A DNA stretch of 64,000 bases from Toensbergia leucococca (lineage: Eukaryota). Numbering within the stretch: the stretch's first letter is position 1; each line of letters begins with the position of its first letter. The stretch is from positions 1-64,000 of the forward strand of contig JALDZS010000045.1 in the NCBI GenBank assembly GCA_022813965.1, in the 5' to 3' direction. Below, one piece after another: positions 58,938 through 64,000 of this stretch. Both the position numbers and the translations under genes were made by a program. The notes under the pieces are model-generated. The model saw nothing but the letters and a program-made list of their open reading frames with translations, did no database searches and was not told the DNA's origin.

Positions 58938-61447
58938 ATGGATGTGGCTGCAGAGAGTAGGCCCTCTTATGAGAACGACCAAGACGATGTTACGGCCAGC
59001 TTGCATACAACGGTCCAGCCGTCAATATCTCTTACCGCCCTAAGCAACGGCATCTCCAGGTCTCAAGATCCTGAAAACAAATTTCAAAGTGCAATCTCAG
59101 CTTGGAGAAGTAATTCATCAAGCTTATGTCAATTACATTCGGCAAAGATCGACTGACAGTCTACTCCTAGATATTGATCTTAGCAAGCTTATACCTGAGC
59201 TCGACTATACTGCTTCAGACATAGTCTCTCATCAGCGAGATGCCTTGATCTCCCGCAAAGATCTAGCTCAGAAGACGAAGGATTTCAGAAAACTTGATGA
59301 CCCTGCGAAGTTGGGAGAATGGAAGGGCCTGTTGAAAGGTGGCCAAGAATATCCACTGTGTAGTGGACTTTGCTAATACCAAAGTACAGCATACCAAACG
59401 TTCATCGACCTCCTTACTAACCACGGCAAAACCACCTCTTCAGCCTTTCTACAACTATACTCTTCTATCTCCGAAGCACCAGATCCTTACCCTTTACTAG
59501 AAGCATCCGTTGATTCACTCCTTCTCTCTGAAGATACCCTTCCTAAGCTCACCTCAGAAAATGAACATCTCCAGGACAACATCAGTAGACTTACACAGAA
59601 TCTAGAAGAGTCGGAGCATCGCTTAGAACAAGAGAGGATTGCAAGGAGGGAATTGGAAGACTCACGAGCAAGAGCGCTAAAGGATGTTGAAACCTCTTGG
59701 AGAGCTGTGATTGAAGAGAAGACGGACAACTGGGAGGCCAAAGAGCGTAGCTTGGAAGAAAAGCTTGAAAGTCAAGACCGCCTTCTAAATGAGCTAAAAG
59801 CCAATTATGAGGTATCGCAGCGATTAGACCATCATAATGATGGTGACAGTGACAGCCGACAGGCTTCTGCTAGCGCCGCAGAGCTTGAAATAGTAAGTTT
59901 AGACTTGGAGAGAACAAGTCAAAGGTTAGCAGAAGTGGAAGCAAGGAACGAACAGCTTCGAGTTGAGCTAGCACAATCATCATCGAACTCCTATCAGAAA
60001 AGTACATCCGATGAGGATCCCATGCATACCCGACTAAGGTCTGAGAATTCAGCACTTTTAAGAAAACTCGATGCCGCCAACATGAAAAAGGATTCGGAAA
60101 AAAGGAAGTGGGAGGGAAGAATCCGTACACTCGAAAGAGATGCGCAGATGCTTCAAAATGACAAGGACTCGTTGCGCGAGCGAGTTTATTCGTTGCGTGA
60201 TTACACTGACATCAAACGAGAGCTTGAAATTTTCAAGGTATGCTGGATGCTTTTGTATCGACTATTGGGAAGACTAATCTGGACTGGCGTAGTCAATTGA
60301 ATTCTCCACGCTGGACGATGATGATACCAATGCTGATCCCTCTGTACCATTGGGGGATGCGCAGCAGGAAGGCCACGCTAACGGTGTTGTTCGGGATGGC
60401 AAGAAAGAGACTCTTGAACAGCTTTTGCTTGCGAGAAATAAGAAGCTTGGCAATGAGATGGCCGTCCTAAGGGTTTCGCATCAAGATCTACTGCAACAGT
60501 TAGAGTCATTGCGAGAGACAATGTCAAGCACGAATGCGGAACTCGAGAGAGCACAGAATCTTAATACCACGCTCGAATCCGACCTTGTCAAAGTCCAACA
60601 AGAAGTTTCGAATACCTTTCCATCATCAGCTATGTCCACCACCGGGACCTACACTTCCAGGCAACCACTTTCAAACTATCCTGCCAATTCATTCCCTAGT
60701 CGTAGAGGAAGAGCATCTCCAACATCGTCGATCATCTCTGGATTTGACCCTTCCAGTAGTCCGCGCAGTACACTGGATGCAATTCGTGCTGGAGAGCCAG
60801 TTGGCGGTGGGTCTGGGTTTTTGCCAATGATTCAGGCCCAAAGAGATCGGTTTAAGCAAAAGAATTCCCAGCTTGAGGAAGAATTGTCCAAGCAGTATAG
60901 TACGGTTTCGTCACTACGTCAGGAGATTGCTTCGCTACAAAAGGACAATCTCAACCTTTATGAGAAGTCTCGGTATGTTTCTACGTACAGTCGAGGGCAA
61001 CAGTCTGCTGCGGCGTCGGCACACGGACCGACTTCGCACTCGACAACGATTCAAACTTCATCAGATACGTCTTCCGGGCTTTCGTTGGACCGTTATAGGT
61101 CGGCTTATGAGGCTAACATATCCCCATTTGCTGCTTTCCGTGGGCGCGAGTCGACAAGGGCATATAAACGGATGAGTATACCGGAGCGGATGGTATTTAC
61201 GATGACGCGCGTGGTTCTAGCCAATCGAACAAGCCGCAACTTTTTTGCATTGTATTGCATTGCGTTACATGTATTGATCTTTGCCATGCTCTATTGGATG
61301 CAGACTGTCGATATTGCCAAGCACGGCAGCAAACTGAGCGAGGCTGCAGGAGCTGTTGTGGCCAGCGGTGGATCGATTGGTAGTAATGCCGGGGCTGACT
61401 CCAAACATGGAGACTGGCATCAAGAGGGCTTCGTGTCTGGCTCATGA
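58938..61447 (+). CDS. coy1: Golgi coiled-coil membrane protein CASP/Coy1
   Basis: Spliced SRKDLAQKTKDFRKL...LLKAYQTFIDLLT...EAPDPYPLL, long coiled coil, LPMIQAQRDRFK, DNLNLYEKSRY, YEANISPFAAFRGRE, TM helix FFALYCIALHVLIF. Confidence 0.93.
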
Positions 61448-62463
61448 TTTGAATGGCTTCTATTGCTAATGGCTTCTAATTGACAGAATAGGCAAGTGTT
61501 CTTGCTCGCTAACCAGAACCAATGGGGTCTTTTTCAGCTCATAGGTAGCTTTAGGCGCCCATGAGATGTAGCATAAGATTCAGCATTTCTACGCTTTCAA
61601 CTTTTCAGTGGTTACCATGTTTAAAAGAGAGGGGAGATATTCCTTGGCATCGATAGCTGTTTACTTGGAGGCTTCATGGACAGACACGCGACCTCGATGC
61701 GGGAATGAAACGTGGAGGCGTTCTTGATTGGCCAGGAGTTGGCCAAGGTGAGACAGTTGAGGCTCACTGGAGGGGCCGGGTGGAGGTTTACTAGAGTACA
61801 TCCATGTCGAATTAGAGTACACGGCGCTAAGATGAACCCTGCTTCGGCTTCAATTTCCCGCAACAAGGTAAGGTAATGGATGTACGACTACCTATGGACT
61901 ATGCCAAGAGTTCAGTATTCTATACGAACTCTAGGTACAGTCTCGAGCTTATGACTTATCTCTGTACTCTTACAAGCTATCAGCATAACAAATTTATGGT
62001 CTGCTCTCACGATATGATTTCTCATGATTGATGCTGTCCTCTTTCTGCTGAGACATTGCTGTCGTCGTTTGATTTGTCCATGATCGACCTCTAACCTTAA
62101 TTGCCCCCCGCAGAGAGCCGCCGGTCTAAGACGAAAGAAGCCTAGCCGCCGTCCTGCTACCATCTCAACTCACCACCACCAATCGAGCACATATCAAGCC
62201 AGAGCGCTTACCAGGACTGCTGTGCTGTTTTTAGATTTCTTCCAGATGCTTGATCTTCATCATCTCGCAGTGCTTAAGAATAGAATCTGCATACTGCAGC
62301 CCAAATACTTAAGACGGAGCCATGGCCAGCCTATTTTCGACCCTCCACGGTCATCGCTGCCCTTTTCCTGGTGAAAAGCACGTCAACTGTCCTTGGACGA
62401 TCCAACAATTCAATCGTCCTTGTCCAAATCCCTCCCGCTACCTTCTAACACACACTCGCAATC

Positions 62464-63279
62464 ATGCGAAGTTTAATACTCCTCTTTTGCTTCACTGCCC
62501 TTGCCTTGTGCGCTCCAAGTTTCCCGCCTCATTACACAGAATGGCCCCAGCCTATTAGAGAATACTATACAGCAGTCGGTCGACGCATCGCCGAGATTCG
62601 AGCCACCCACACGGCTGATTCTCCACCCTACTGCAATCTCTCCAACGCTAACGCCAACCTCCCATCCGACTCCACCACTGCTCTCCCTCCCCCAACAGAA
62701 GGCCTCCAAGTCTACCACGTCGCCATCGGCCGCGGCACCCAAGTCAGTCCTCACCACCTCTTTACCACATTTCTAAAACACTCCTAACAAGCCTCAAAAC
62801 AGAACTACACCTGCGCCAACGCAACCGCAACCCCCACCAACATCGGCGCCCTCGCAACCCTCTACAACGCCTCCTGCCTCGCCTCCACCCTCCCCGCCAT
62901 ACTCGCCACTCTCCCCGCAGCCGCCCTGGCTCTCCCAGCCCCCATCCCCCTAACGCCGCTCTTCCCATCCAACCTCCTCATGTCCGGCCACCACTTCTTC
63001 ACCAACACCACCCCAACCTTCAACCTCGACACCACCCGCGCCAACTACGGCGTCACTTTCGGCAAGAAAGTCGCCGCCAGCCCCGCACCCCAGGATGCGA
63101 CCGCCGGCTTGTACGGCGCGGTGCCTTGGCTTAAGTTGCAGGCCGAGGGGGTCGGGGGCGGGGGCGTGCAGGAGGTTTATCGCGTTAATACTGCGGGCGG
63201 GGCGGCGCCGGCGAGTTGTCAGGGTTTGGCGAGCGAGTTTGAGATTCAGTATGCGGCTGAATATTGGTTTTATAAGTGA
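62464..63279 (+). CDS. Secreted DUF3455-family protein (often mis-annotated as malate dehydrogenase)
   Basis: Signal peptide; HVAIGRGTQ, intron 62743-62802, NYTC...IGALATLYNASC, SGHHFF, AVPWLKL, VYRVNTAGGAAPASC, QYAAEYWFY. Confidence 0.9.
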
Positions 63280-63820
63280 TGAGAGGGGTGCGGGAGAGAG
63301 CAAAGGGACCTTTTCTTTTCTTTTGCGTGCCGGCTTGGCAGGAGGTGGGGTTGGGAGTTGGAGGGGCCTTTTTTTTCCTGCTTGCTTGGAGGGTTTTTCC
63401 GGCTGGGGCTATCTGGGGCCGCTCTTGACGGGAATTGGCAATGGAAATTCTTGCCACCCCGGCCCCCGTATGTCTCTCCATGTGCGGCCCTTTTTCTTTC
63501 TATGAAAATCCTCTCGTGTAACCCTCCCCCAACATCTTATCTGATTTGAAACAACACCACTTCCAACCCCATCCCTTTTCCCCCTTTTTCCCCCATTCAA
63601 GGAAGACACTGCAGTCTGGAATGCAAGGCGACGACGCCTTTCATCGCGGGGCCGCTGATCACAATACCCGCGCTCCCGGGTGGTGATGGTGGTGGTGGTG
63701 GCATGCGTATTTGTTCTTGTTGTTGTTGTGATTGTTGTTCTTGTTTGTGATTGTTGTTGTTTGTTGAAATTCTAGCTATTCGGAATGTCGAACAAAACAC
63801 GATGCAATATCTACCATAGA

Positions 63821-63857
63821 TCACCTCACCTCACCTCACCTCACCTCACCTCACCTC
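63821..63857 (+). repeat. (TCACC)7 pentanucleotide microsatellite
   Basis: Perfect tandem tcacc units seen directly. Confidence 0.9.
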
Positions 63858-64000
63858 GAATCAACTCATTTGCCTCGAATCATATCCAGCACCACACACC
63901 TCACAGAATATTCTGCAAGGATCGTCATCTTGTAGGGATCATTTGTACAGATTGAAACTTTCGTTGGGTTACGTTTACGGCTGTTGTGAGGATGGTGGTA

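Noticed and set aside
63597..63824. 75-aa Gln/Asn/Pro-rich minus-strand ORF
   Set aside because: Mostly trinucleotide microsatellite translation with no supporting homology or splice evidence.

Overview
Intron-containing filamentous ascomycete (Pezizomycotina) genomic DNA. No rRNA, tRNA or CRISPR array is visible. The left block (0-13 kb) holds mostly conserved genes: a Zn2Cys6 transcription factor, rps22 with an intronic snR44-type H/ACA snoRNA, a RING-like/LysM protein, choline kinase, a Tfc7-like histidine phosphatase and an FAD monooxygenase. The right block (42-63 kb) is also conserved: DHA1 MFS transporter, Hsp20, Cps1/DIP2, Vps3/TGFBRAP1-like, Coy1/CASP and DUF3455. Between them is an accessory-looking ~28 kb interval. 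It contains a long-TIR non-autonomous transposon, three candidate secreted effectors (one a tandem-CBM14 gene with a CAG>TAG stop), an RNase H with substituted catalytic residues, a divergent TF/SDR pair with a repeated promoter motif, and AT-rich decayed DNA. The most striking feature is a convergent, intronless pair of full-length-homologous 779 aa and 742 aa proteins of no family I recognise (17118-22043), a candidate two-component non-self-recognition or toxin/antidote system. Exon boundaries were read by eye from GT..AG and branch motifs; no database searches were run.
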